Shown: positions 34,259-45,400 of the stretch, piece by piece
Position numbering within the stretch: the stretch's first letter is position 1
Layout: each line of letters begins with the position of its first letter
From: Scenedesmus sp. PABB004
Lineage: Eukaryota
Direction of reading: 5' to 3'
Length of the DNA stretch: 57,393 nucleotides
Assembly: GCA_014905635.1 (NCBI GenBank)
Contig: JABVCE010000012.1
Span: 1,178,001 to 1,235,393 of the forward strand
The notes under the pieces: generated by a model
Seen by the model: the letters and a program-made list of their open reading frames with translations, nothing else
Database searches by the model: none
Told to the model about the DNA's origin: nothing
Position numbers and translations under genes: made by a program

Positions 34259-35225
34259 ATGCCCCGCGGCAGCAGCAGCCCGCGCGGCGGCGCCGCGCTG
34301 GCGCTGGCGCTCGCCGGCTGCCTGCTCGCGCCGGCGGCGGCCGCGTTCACCTGCGGCGCGCCCGGCGCGCCGTGCGGCGCGTCCATCCCGGCGGGCGCGA
34401 GCTGCGGCGCCAAGGGCGCCGGCTACTGCGCGCCCGGGCACTTTTGCGGCTGGGTCTTCTCAGATTCGGACCGCAGCACGCGATGCATGCCGGTGCCCAA
34501 GGGCGCGGGGCGGGCGGGGGCGAGCTGCCTGCCCGGCAACGCGCTCAAGCCGGTCGCGAGCGCGGCCGCGGCGACGCCCAAGCCGGTCTGCGCCGACGGC
34601 TCGACCTGCTTCTTCACGCCCACGCCCGACGCGAGCGGCTGGTCGGCGCCGCCGTTCGCCTCGCCCGCGGGGCCCCTGCTCGGTGAGGAGCGGGGGCGGC
34701 CGCTGACCGCGCGCGGCGCCGGCCGCTGACGCGCGCGGCGCGTGCGCGCCGAGCGCGCGCGGCGGCCGACCCCGCGCCGCGCCGCCCGCCCCGCGCCGCG
34801 CAGGCACCTGCCGCCGCGTGCCCGCCGGCTGCGGCGCCGCGCCGGGCGCGCCGTGCTGCCCGAGCCTCTACCACGTGGCGTCCAACCCCGCGCTGCCTTC
34901 GCCGTCCATCTGCGCCGGCGACGCGTTCTGTGACTACCTGCGCCCCGGCGAGCCGGGGTTCAACCCCGACTGGCCGGCGGGGACGTGCACCGCCAACCGC
35001 CCCGGCTGCGGCGCGATCGGGGCGTCGTGCTGCATCTCCACCGGCGGCGTGAGCGTCGACGCGCGCTGCGGCGCGGGGTGGGGCCAGCCCGGGCCCAAGG
35101 GCTACTGTGCCTACCCGGGCGGCAAGGCGACGCGCGACATGCGCGACCAGGCCTGCCGCGCGTGCCCCGCCGCGTCGGTCGTCGCGGCAAACCCCTCGGC
35201 CTACTGGGGCTGCCCCGGCCAGTGA
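34259..35225 (+). CDS. Secreted cysteine-rich repeat protein (281 aa), function unknown; intron 34683-34803
   Basis: Hydrophobic signal AALALALAGCLLAPAAAA|FTC. 24 Cys in the mature part, arranged in four CG-x2-3-G-x2-C(C) modules. Exons of 424 and 422 nt join in frame. Confidence 0.8.
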
Positions 35226-35697
35226 CGCGCTGCTGGTGGCAGGGGCGGCGGCGCTGCTGGCAGGGGCGGCGGCGCTGCGCACCGGGGGCCGCGCTGCTGG
35301 TCCCGTCGTCCTTTTTTTGGTCGGGCGCGGATCACACTCGTGTTACTCTGTTGCTGGTGAGCAACACCGGTGCTCCCTCGTGCCCAAGTGGTTTTAAGGA
35401 AGCCTGTGGCGTGCGCGTCGCACGGCCACCGCTCGCGCGTGACCGACCGCCCAGCCCACTGCGCCAGCGCACGCGCCGCGCGCTGGGCGGAGCGAGGCCC
35501 CGCCCCCGACGCCGCCGCCGCCGCCGCCAGCCGGCGACGCCCCTGGCTGCTGCTGCAGCGCAGCCGGGGGGCTGCTCCGCCAGCGCCTGCGCTCCACCGC
35601 CACGCGCGTCGGCGCGCCTCGTCCCCTGCCACGCCCGCGGCCCGCCCCCGGCAGCGCCTGCTGCCGCGCCCTCCGCCCGACGGCCGCGCTCGCCGCC

Positions 35698-35735
<38 letters not shown>
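35698..35735. repeat. (CTG)n trinucleotide run in the QCR10 3' UTR
   Basis: About 12-13 CTG units, just past the minus-strand stop at 35754. Confidence 0.85.
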
Positions 35736-35738
<3 letters not shown>

Positions 35739-35753
35739 GCTGCGCGCGGCGGC

Positions 35754-36278
35754 TCACTGCGCCTCGCCGGCCTCCTTGTTCAGCCCGAACGTCGCCTTGA
35801 TCCAGTCAAACGGCTGCGGGGCGGCGCGGCGGCGGGCTCGTGCTCTGCCGCCGCAGCGTGCGCGCGCTGCGGGCCGGCGGCGGCGCGGCGGGCGCCCGGG
35901 CGGCGCGCGAGGGCGGCGCGCGAGGGCGGCGCGAGGGCCAGGGCGCACCTGAATGACGTACATCAGCGTCAAGCCGACCGCGGGCCCCCACGCGCCGTAG
36001 CCCCGGATCTGCGCACCCGTCGGCCAGCGCGCGCGCGGGTAGATCTGCGGCGGCCGCGGCGCCGGCGGCGGCGGCGTGGAGGGCGGCGGCTCCCGGCGTG
36101 CGCGGCGGCGGCGGGCGAGCAGCGGCGGCGGCGGCGGCGGCAGCCGCGGCAGCGGCGCCGCGGGCGAGCAGCGACGGGCGAGCGGCGGCGCCGCCCGCCG
36201 CCGGCCTGCGCAGGGGCGGCGCCTGGCGCCTCAGCAGCGACCGGGCCGCACCTTGTCGACGAGGCCGGCGAGGGCCAT
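35754..36278 (-). CDS. QCR10: Cytochrome bc1 complex small subunit QCR10/UQCR11 (plant UCRY-like), 60 aa; exons 36252-36278, 35949-36044, 35754-35813
   Basis: Spliced MALAGLVDK|IYPRARWPTGAQIRGYGAWGPAVGLTLMYVIQ|PFDWIKATFGLNKEAGEAQ*. The WG...QPFxWIKxTF signature matches plant QCR10. Not seen intact in the ORF track. Confidence 0.88.
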
Positions 36279-36361
36279 CGTGGCAGCGAGCCGAGAGGGC
36301 GCGGGGCGAGGGATCTCAGCTCAGCAGCGTGGCGCGGGGCGCGCGGTGCGAGCCGGGGACG

Positions 36362-36396
36362 TTCAATTGACCGGGGAGGCCTTCAATTGACCGGGG
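36362..36396. promoter_or_regulatory. Perfect 15-bp direct repeat TTCAATTGACCGGGG x2 (20-bp period) in the QCR10/TPT divergent promoter
   Basis: Copies at 36362-36376 and 36382-36396. Each contains the palindrome TCAATTGA. Confidence 0.6.
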
Positions 36397-36778
36397 CAGG
36401 CGGCGTGGGGGCAGCACCGGGCCTGAGCGCGCGGGGCGGTTGGTGTTTTTAATGCGTGAGCCCGCACGCCGGCTGCGCCCCGCAGTGCCCGAGCTGGGAC
36501 AGCTGCGACGAGCTCGACGTCGCGTCGCGCGCACGCCGCAGCAGCTCGCGGCGCACACCACCATCGACACGCGCTGTTGCCGCGCCCCCTCGCCCTCGCG
36601 CCGCCCCCGCTCGCCGCCCGGGCGGCTCCCCAGCTCGTGCCGGGCCCCGGCCTGGACGACGGAGCAGCGGCAGCAGCGGGAGGCCGGCGGCGGCGGCGGC
36701 GCGGCAGCGTCGGTTGCGGCGCGGCGCCGGCGGCGGGGCTGGCGGCGCGGCCGCGGGCGGCGGCGGCCGCGGCGCGGC

Positions 36779-38313
36779 ATGGCGCACCACCGCCTGCTGT
36801 CGACGCTGTCGGCGCAGCTCTCGCTCGCCGGCATCGATGAGCTCGGGCGCCACGAGTCGGGCGACGAGGGCCCGAGCGCGGGCGTGGAGGTGGTGGTGCT
36901 GCAGACGGCCACGAGCGTGAGCCGCACGCTCGTGCGCCGCTCGGCGGCCGGCGACGCGGCGGCGGGCGAGCCGCTGCGGCTGCAGCAGCAGTGGGCGCCG
37001 CCGCCGCCGCGCGCGCTCAAGGGCGGCGGCGGCGAGCGCGCCGACCGGCAGCAGCCGCCGGCGGCGCGCCGCGCGACGGCGGTGCTGCTGGCGTGCGCCG
37101 CGTGGTGAGCGCGCGTGCGCTTTGCCAGGCCGCGCCGCGCATCGGCAGCGGCGGCCCGCGCCGCGGCGGCGGCGGCGGCGCCGGCGCCGGCGCCGGCGCC
37201 GGCGCCGGCGCCGACGCGCTCCGCGCCGCGCCGCGCGCCGCGCAGGGTGCTGTCGTCGTCGGGCGCGATCCTGGTCAACAAGCACATCATGGTTGACCTG
37301 CACTTCCCCTACCCAGCGACCGTGGGCGCGCTGGGCATGCTGGGGACGTCGGTGCTCGCGCTCGCGGCCGCGCGCCTCGCGCGGCGCCGCGGCGGCGGCG
37401 GCGGCAGCGGCGGCGGGCGCGTGTCGCTTCGCTTCTACCTCACCCACTTCATGCCCACGGGCCTCTTCCAGGCGCTGTCGATGGCGCTCGGCAACACCGC
37501 GTACCTCCACCTCTCGGGTGCGCTTGCTCGCGCGGCGCACGGCGGCTGCGGCGAAGCGGCGGCAGCTGGCTGCGCCGGAGGGGCGGCTGCCAGCGGCAGC
37601 GACCGCAGCGGCTGCCAGCGACTGCGGCGCCCGCCGACGCCGCGCGCGCCCCCGCGCCGCGCCCCGCGCCGCAGTCGCGTTTGTGCAGATGCTCAAGGCC
37701 TTCACTCCGGTGGCGACGATGCTCTTTGCGTTTGCGTTTGGCCTCGAGCGCCCGAGCGTGCGCCTCGTCGCGGCGGTCGGCGTCATCACGCTCGGCGTCG
37801 CCGGCGCGTCGGCGGGCGAGGGCGCGCTGAGCCTCGCCGGCGTCGCGGCGATGCTGGGGTCGATGCTCTGCGAGGGCCTGCGCCTGGTGATGATGCAGGC
37901 GCTCGTCGCGAAGCGCGCGCTGCGCCCGCTCGACGTGCTCGCGCACCTCGCGCCCGCGGCGAGCCTCTGGATGCTGCTGCTCGCCGGCGCGACCGAGGCG
38001 CTCGCCATCCACCAGGGCCAGCACCTCGCCGACGCGGCGGCGCACCCGGCCGCGCTCGCGGGCAGCGCGATCGCGGGCGCCGCGGTCAATGGCGCGGCGA
38101 TGGCGGTCATCGCCCTGTGCGGCGCGCTGCCGCTGAAGCTGCTCGGCCTCGCCAAGGACGTGGGCCTCGTCGCGCTCGGCGTCGCCGCGCTCGGCGAGAC
38201 GGTCGGCCGCGGCCAGGCCGCCGGCTACGCCGCGAGCGTCGCGGGGCTGGTCTGGTACTACGCCATCGCCGCGAGCGCCGCGCGGCCGGGCGGCGGCGGC
38301 GGGCCGGGCGGCG

Positions 38314-38345
<32 letters not shown>

Positions 38346-38518
38346 CGGCCGGCGGAGGGGGCCGGCCGGCCCCTGCGGCGGCGGCGGCGGCGGCGCAGAC
38401 GGGCCTGGCGGCGGCGGCGGCGCCGCGGGCCGCGGCGGCGGCGCAGCGCGCGCGCGGCGGCTCGGTGCGCGTCGACATGTCCGGCGGGCGCGCCGCCGCG
38501 CGCGGCGCGGCGCGGTGA
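36779..38518 (+). CDS. Triose-phosphate/nucleotide-sugar transporter (TPT, DMT superfamily); 2 introns; 3' end uncertain (38518 or 38570; possible frameshift in the GGC run at ~38340)
   Basis: W|VLSSSGAILVNKHIMVDLHFPYP, LFQALSMALGNTAYLHLS|VAFVQMLKAFTP, CEGLRLVMMQAL, ALPLKLLGLAKDV, GLVWYY. Confidence 0.9.
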
Positions 38519-39072
38519 CGCGTGTACAAAGCGAGCGAGCGACCCTGACTGCTGGGCTTTGATTCACTGACGCTCCTGCCAAACTCTGTTGCCTCCACTA
38601 TCTCTGCGAACGGGCGCTGCCGCCGGTCGCGGCGGCGCGCGCGCGGGCGGCGGGACGGGGCGGCGCGGCGCCCGGCCGCCGCTGCAGCCAGCGGCGCGAG
38701 CCGGTGCGCCCCCCGCATGATCCGCCGAGGACGTGGCGTGCGCGGCGCCTGCTGTGCGTGGCCACCCCCATGCCACGCGGCGTTGAAACCGCGGTGACGC
38801 CGAACGCCCAACCCCGGCCTGGGCCCAGGCGCGCCATTCCCTCGTCCGCCCGTCCCGCCTGCCCGCTAGCGGTGTGAGCCGCCGAGTGCAGGCGCGGTTT
38901 GGGGCGCGGCGCTGCGGCGGCGCTGCCTGGGACGTGCGCGCGGCGCGGCGGTCGGGCTGACGCGCATGCAGGATGACGTTTCCTGGCCGCACGCGGTGCG
39001 AAGCGGGCTTCGCCGGCTTCACGCGCTGGGCGGCGCTCCCCGCGCTGCGCGCGCTGCGCGCGCCGCGCCGCG

Positions 39073-42000
39073 TCAGCCCGCGAGCTTGAAGTCCTCGCCC
39101 TCCATCGCGTTGAGCAGCAGCACGTCGGTGTGGTCGCTGCCGTCATAATCCCGGATCCGCCGCGTGACCTACGACGGCAGCGCGGGGCCGCCGGCGGGAG
39201 CGGCTGCGCAAGGGCGCCGCGCGCGGGCGCGGCACGAGGCGCAGCACGAGGCGCGGCGCGGCGCACCATGACGCCCGACACCTTGAAAAAGGTGCCGCGA
39301 CCGCCGCCGCTGGCGCCGCCGCCGCCGCCGCCGATCGAGACGCCGCCGCGGCCGCCGCGCTCGCCGTCGGCGACGTCGTCGCCGCGCGGCAGCACCTCCA
39401 CGCGCACGGTGCAGTTGGCGGCCTGCTGCGTGAAGAGTTTGGCCATGTACGACTGAGTCGTCTTCCAGCTGCGCCGCCGGCGGCGGCAGCGGCCGCAGCG
39501 TGAGCCGCGGCGCGGCACGGCGCGCGGCGCGCGGCGCGCGGCGCGCGGCGCGCGGCGCGCACGTGTGGTGCGCGTCCACGGTGAGGTTGGCGCACGCGCA
39601 GCCGCCGTGGCAGGTCAGCTGGGCGCGGCCGCCGCGGCGCCACGTCTTGACGTAGCCAATCCAGACAATCATGTCGCCCTCCTGCAAGCCGCGGCGACGG
39701 CGGAGGCGGCGGCGGCGGCAGCGTCGATCACGACCTGTCGCGGTCGCACGCGGCGCGCCGCGCCGGCTCTAGCCCCTCCCAACCCCTCCTCCCCGGCAGC
39801 GCGGCGCACCTGCGGCCCGCGCGACGCCTCCTCCTGCTTCGAGCGCTCCTGCTCCGCCGCCTGCGCCTGCTGCGCCTCCCACCACGCCGCGTCGCGCGCC
39901 TCGGCGCCCTGCTGCTGCTGCAGCCGCTCCAGCGCGGCCGCGTCGAGCACGCCGCCGGGCGCCGGCGACACGCCCGTGGGCTGCTGCGCGCGCGAGGCCG
40001 CGGCGGCGCCAAAGCCGGCAGCCGCCAGCTTGGCGTCGACGCTGCTGCTGCTCTCCGCGTCGCCGCCGCCGCTGCCGCCCGCCAGGCGGCGGCCGCTGCT
40101 GGCGCCGCTGCTGCTTTTGCTGCCGCTGCCGCCGCCGCCGCTCGCCCCGCCCGCGCGCTCGCCAGGCGGCGGCGGCGGCGCGGGCGCGAGGCGCGTGTCG
40201 AGCGTGACGGTCAGCCACGCGCCGGGCGCGTGCGTGCTGAAGCCCCACTTGGGCTTGTCGGCGGTGGTGCCGTCGTTGCGCCACTCCCACTCGGGCGAGT
40301 GCGCCACGACCCTTGGGAAGTCCTCCCCGATCAGGCAGGCCAGGTTCGTGGATTCGTAATTGCCGGGGAACATCGGCGGCGGGACCTGCGCGAGGCGCTC
40401 CGCCCACGCGGCGTCGTCGCCCCCGACCGGGCCGGCGAGCAGCACGTCGAGCCACGCGCCCTGCAGCATCGCGACCGCGACGTCCGCCATGTACCTGCGC
40501 GCGGCGCGGCGGCCGTCGCGAAGCCCGCACGCCTGCCGCGCGCGCGGCACGCCACCGCGCCTGCCACCGCGCCCGCACGCCTGCCGCGCGCGCGGCGGGC
40601 CGCCGCCGCGCCGCCGCCTCGCACCGGTGCCCCAGCTCGTTGGGGTGGCGCTGCAGGCCCTGCTCCGCGGGCGGGTACAGCTCGGGCGTCGTGAAGCCCG
40701 GCGCGCCGGCGCGGACCTCGTGGAACAGCGCGTCCCGCAGCGACAGCCACGGCAAGCGGTAGTACTGCGCCGCGGGCGCGGGCGCGGCGGCGATGGCGGC
40801 GGCGTGGTGGGTGCGGCGGCGGCGCGCGTAAGGGCTCGGGCTGCGCCCGCCCGCGGCCGGCGGCAGCGGCAGCGCGCCGCGCGGGGCAGGCCGATGAGCA
40901 CCTGGGCCAGCACGCCGTAGTGATCCTCCACGCTCCTGCATGGAACGGCGGGGCGGTGAGAGGCGGGAGGGAGGGGGCCCGCCGCCGCTGGCGCAGCGCC
41001 CCGCAGCTGCGCGCGCCGCCCCGCCCTGCCCCGCGCCGCGCCGCGCCGCGCCGCGCGCGCACCACCAGAACGGCGGCTTGCCCGATCGCACGCCCTGGAC
41101 GAGCGCCTCCATAAGGACGACCGCCGGCTTGCGCGGCAGCGCGAGCAGCTTGCGCAGCAGGCGCTCAAAGGCCTGCACGTGCGGCATGTTGGGCGACGTG
41201 TCCTGCGGCGGGCAAGGCGGGCGCGTCGCGGCGTGTGAGCGGCGCCCGAGGCCTGGGTTTAAGCCTGCGGCCCCCGCACGCACCGTGTAGCCATCGTTGA
41301 TGGCGTATTCTAGGAAAATCAGGTCAACGTTGGGGTCAACGAAGTGGTCCTGCAAGCAAGCAGAGATGCGGTCGGCCGGTCGTCAGGCGCCGGGCCGCCC
41401 GCGCTGCGCGCTGCCGCCGGCGGCCGGGCGCGCGCGCGGCGCAGCCGGGCGCCCGCCGCACCAGGCACATCGAGGCGTACTCTGCCGTCGTCGCAGGAAC
41501 GCAGCCGTTCCTCGCGCGCACGGTCGCGGCCGGGAACGCGCGGCGCAGCCAGGCGGCGAACAGGGCGAACCAGTCGTTGACGCCGCGGCGCATGTAGAAG
41601 CCCCTGCGCGTGCGCGGCCGCACGCGCGCGGTGAGGCGGCGGGGCCGGCGCGCCGTCGCCGTCGCCGCACTCTGACCCGCGCGGCGGCGCCCGCACCAGC
41701 TGATGCTGCCGCCGATGACGCCGACCGAGACCTCCTTGCCCGCGTGAAGGTCGGCGAGCAGGCGCTGCAGGCGCAGCCCCGGCCCTTGGCTCAGCAGCGC
41801 GCGGCGGCGCTGCGCCGCGCTCAGGCTGTGGTTGTGGGTGCCCATGATCGCCGCCCAGCCCGTCGCGGCCCCGTGCATGTGCGCCACGCTGGCGTCGTCG
41901 GCGGGCCACGGCCAGGCCGCCGGCGCCGGTTTTTGCTCCGCTGCCGGCGGTGCTGCTGCCTCTGCTGCCGCCGCTGCTGCTGCAGCAGCCGCCGCTGCCG

Positions 42001-42121
42001 CCGCTGCCGCTGCCGCCGGCGCTGCCGGTGCCGCCGCCGCTGCTCCAGGCCGCGCCGGTGCCGCCGCCACCAACAGCAATCCGGCCAGCCACAGCGCCAG
42101 CGTCACGCGGTGCGGGAGCAT
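39073..42121 (-). CDS. Secreted/type II SGNH-hydrolase-like protein; ~8-9 introns
   Basis: Signal/anchor VTLALWLAGLLLVAAA. Block I GVIGGSIS, NGCVPATT, block III DLIFLEYAIND, FERLLRKLL, block V-like HPNELGHR|YMAD, then KPKWGF and C..GC.C. Confidence 0.85.
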
Positions 42122-42465
42122 GGTCACGCCATGCAGAGAAGTCGGTGAGCGGCGACGAGGATGGTGCAGCGCCGCGCGCTGCCGGCGGGGGCGCTGCGTG
42201 CCGCCGACGGGCGCAGCAGGCTGGAGCGGACAGAGCGGGACTGCGAGCGAGCAGACCGCGAGGGCGGGGCGGCGAGCGGCCGGCCGCCGCGCTTCTGCGA
42301 TTCGCGACGCGACACCGCCGCCGCCGACGCCACCGCGCCGCGCCGCCGCAGGCCGCCCATCGCGCGCCCCCGACCCGGCACCGATTCACCCCGGCCCCGC
42401 GCCGCGGGGCAGGCGGCCCAGATTTGAAGGGGCCGCGCGCGCCGGAGCCTCTCCCCACGGCGGCA

Positions 42466-45400
42466 ATGATGGCCGCGGCGGCGCCGGCGCCGCTGCCTGG
42501 CTTCAAGGGCTACGCCAACGCCTGGCTGGCCGAGCTGCGGGCGCAGCAGGCCGCGCTGCGCGCGTCCGAGCTGCCGGCGCCGCCGGCGCTGCCGCCGCCC
42601 GGCGCGCCGGCCCCGCCCTGCGCGCCGGGCCTGCTCGCTGAGGCGGCGGCGCTGGCGGGCGCGGGCGGCGGCCTGCCGGCGGCGCCGCTCGCGGAGCTGG
42701 CGGCGGGCGCGCCGCGGGGGCGAGCGGAGCGCGCGGCCAACCGCCAGGCCGCCGCGGCGGCGCGGCAGGCGATGGAGCCGAGCCTGGCGGACCTACCGCG
42801 CAGCGGCGCGCCCGCCCCGCGCGCGCCCAGCCTGCACGAGACCGCGACGCAGCACGTTGCGGCGTTCAGCGACGCCGGCCGCGCGCCGGCCGGGGCGCTG
42901 GACGAGCCGGTGCTGCCGGAGCTGCGCCACGCGGCGCTACTACTGCTGCCAGCCGCCGACAGCTGCACCGACGCGGCCGCGGCGGCTCTCGCCGCAAAGC
43001 ACCCCCACCTGCAGGTGCGCCGGGGCGGGACGCGCCGGCGGGCACCCCTCGAGCGCCGCGCTCCCAGCTCCTGCGACCCGGCGACGCGCCGGGTGCTACC
43101 CCCCCCCCCCGGCGCCGGCGCAGGCAGCCACGATGCTCTGCCTGGGGTCCGGCGGCCTCGCGGCGCTCCTGGTGCCGCTCCACGGCGACGAGCCGCCCGC
43201 TGGCGCCTGTGACGCGCTGTTCACGCGGGTGAGCGGCCTGCGCGCGGCTCGCGCGGCTCCGGCGCGTATCCTTGCGCCGCCACCGACCCCGCCACCGCGC
43301 GCACCGGCAGGTGGAGGGACCGCTGCCGGCCGAGCCGGGCACGCCGGGCACACCCAGGGCAGCACCGCCCAGCGTTGACAGCCTGCTGCGGCGCTGGGCG
43401 GAGCAGCAGGCGGCCGCAGCGCTGCCCTGCGAGCCCGCGCGCTCGCCGCCATTGGCCGGCGAGGCTGGCGGCGCGGCCGCGGCAGCCGTAGCCGCGTCCC
43501 AGCCGACGACGCCGCAGCCCGGAGTGCCAGGCAGCGCTGCTGGCGGGCGGGCGAGCTGGCGCGCGGTACGGCTGGCGCTGGAGGAGGTGGCGCTGCCGCC
43601 CTGCGAGGGCCGCACGCCCTCGCAGCTGCGCCTGCTGCCCGGCGCAGATGGCAAGCAGGCGCAGCGGCCGCCGACGCCATTTGAGCAGCTCGCCAGGTTT
43701 GTGGCGGCGCAGGCCGCGGACGCGCTGCCGGCGCCGTGCGGCGCCAGCATCCTGTCGCTGCTCGGGACGGCCGTGCCGGGCGGCCGCGACGCGGCACCCC
43801 GGGGCGCCTCGGCTGCAAGCCTGCTGTTGGCGCCGCCGGCGAGCCTCCAGGAGGCCGACGGCCCAGCGCGCCCCGACGGCTGCACGGCTGCAGCAGCAGG
43901 CGTCACGATGACTGGCGTGCTGGCTGCTGCCATGGCCGCCGCCACCGGCCCGCCGCGCAGCGCGCCCGCAGTGCGGGTCGAGGCGGCAGTCGCGTGCGCA
44001 CCGCAGGAGCGCGCTGCGCCCGCGGCGGCGGCGGCTGACGGGGGTCCTCAGCAGTCCGGCGACGAGGCAGCGCCCGCCGGCAGCCCCGGCGCGCTGCGCT
44101 CGCCGTCGCTCGCGCCGTGTGCTGCCGACCTGCTGCCGGCCGCTGAGCTGATGGTCGAGGTGCCCGTGTGCCTGCTGGACGACGGCGGGCCGGGCCTGGT
44201 GGACGGCGCGCTCGAGGCGGCGCTGGCGACGGCGCAGGCGCTGCTGGAGGCGGAGACGGTGCTCGCGCCGGGCGACGGCGGCAGCCCGCGCGGGGGCGAG
44301 CGCGCGCCCGCGTGCTGGGACGCCAGCTGGGGCGACCTGCCGTGCGACGACGGCAGCGGCAGCCCCTGGTGGGCCAGCTGTGCCGTGCGGGACGCGTTCG
44401 GGGGCGCGGCGAGCCCCCGTGGCAGCCAGGCCGCAGCGGCGCCCGACGGCGCAGGCGGCGGTGGCGCGGCGCTCGGCGTTGCGCTGCTGGAGGGCCTGCT
44501 GGCGCGTGAGATGCAGCCTGACGACGCCAGCGGGCTGCTGCTGCCCGTGCCGCCGTTCCCGGGCGGTGGCGGCGGCGGCCTGGGCGCCGACGCGCTCGGA
44601 CTCAGCTTCGGCGCCGGCGGCGGCAGCTTTTTCAGGGAGCTCGCGAGCGGCTGCGCCGGCTACCAGCGCGAGCCGACCGCGCACCTGGAGCTCTACTGTG
44701 ACTGGTCGGTGCTGCAGCCGCTGCAGGCACCCAGCGGCGGCAGCGGCGCCGGCGGCCCCGACACCGCCGCGTGGCTGCGGCTGTGCGAGGGCCGGCCTGG
44801 CCTGCGGGTGCTGTCCGAGCTGCTGGCGGCGCCGGCGTCGCGCGGCGGCGCGCCGGGCGGCCGCGAGCTCGCGCAGGCCGCCAGCGTGCGGGTACTGCAG
44901 GCAGCCCTGGCGGCAGGCGCCGCGCCGGGGCGTGCGGCGGGCGGCGCCGAGGCGGTGCCGCCCGGCGTAGCCGCCGCGGCGGCCGCCTGGCGCAGGGAGC
45001 AGGCGGCGGCGGCGCTGCTCGGCGGCCCCGCGGCGCCCGCCGCCGCCGCCGGCGCCGCGGCGCCAAACGGTGCCCCGCCAGCGGCCGGGCCGGCAGCACA
45101 GTCGGATCTTGACTTCTTTGTACAACTGCACCACGCCGCTGGCTCGGCGCCCGGCGGCAGCGGGCGGGCGGCCAAGCGTCGCGCCAGCGCGCAGCAGGGC
45201 GCAGAGCCCGCGGACGAGGCGGCCCCCGGCAACGGCGCGCCCAAGCGCGCGCGCGGCGCGGACAGCGCGGGCGGCGGCGGCGCCGGCGCGGCGGGGGCCG
45301 GGGGCGGGGCAGCGGAGGAGGCGAGCGAGGCGCGCCAGCACGCCACGGCCGAGCTGGCAGTGACCGGCGCTGTGCGCGCGGGCGGCGCAGCGGGCGGCCC

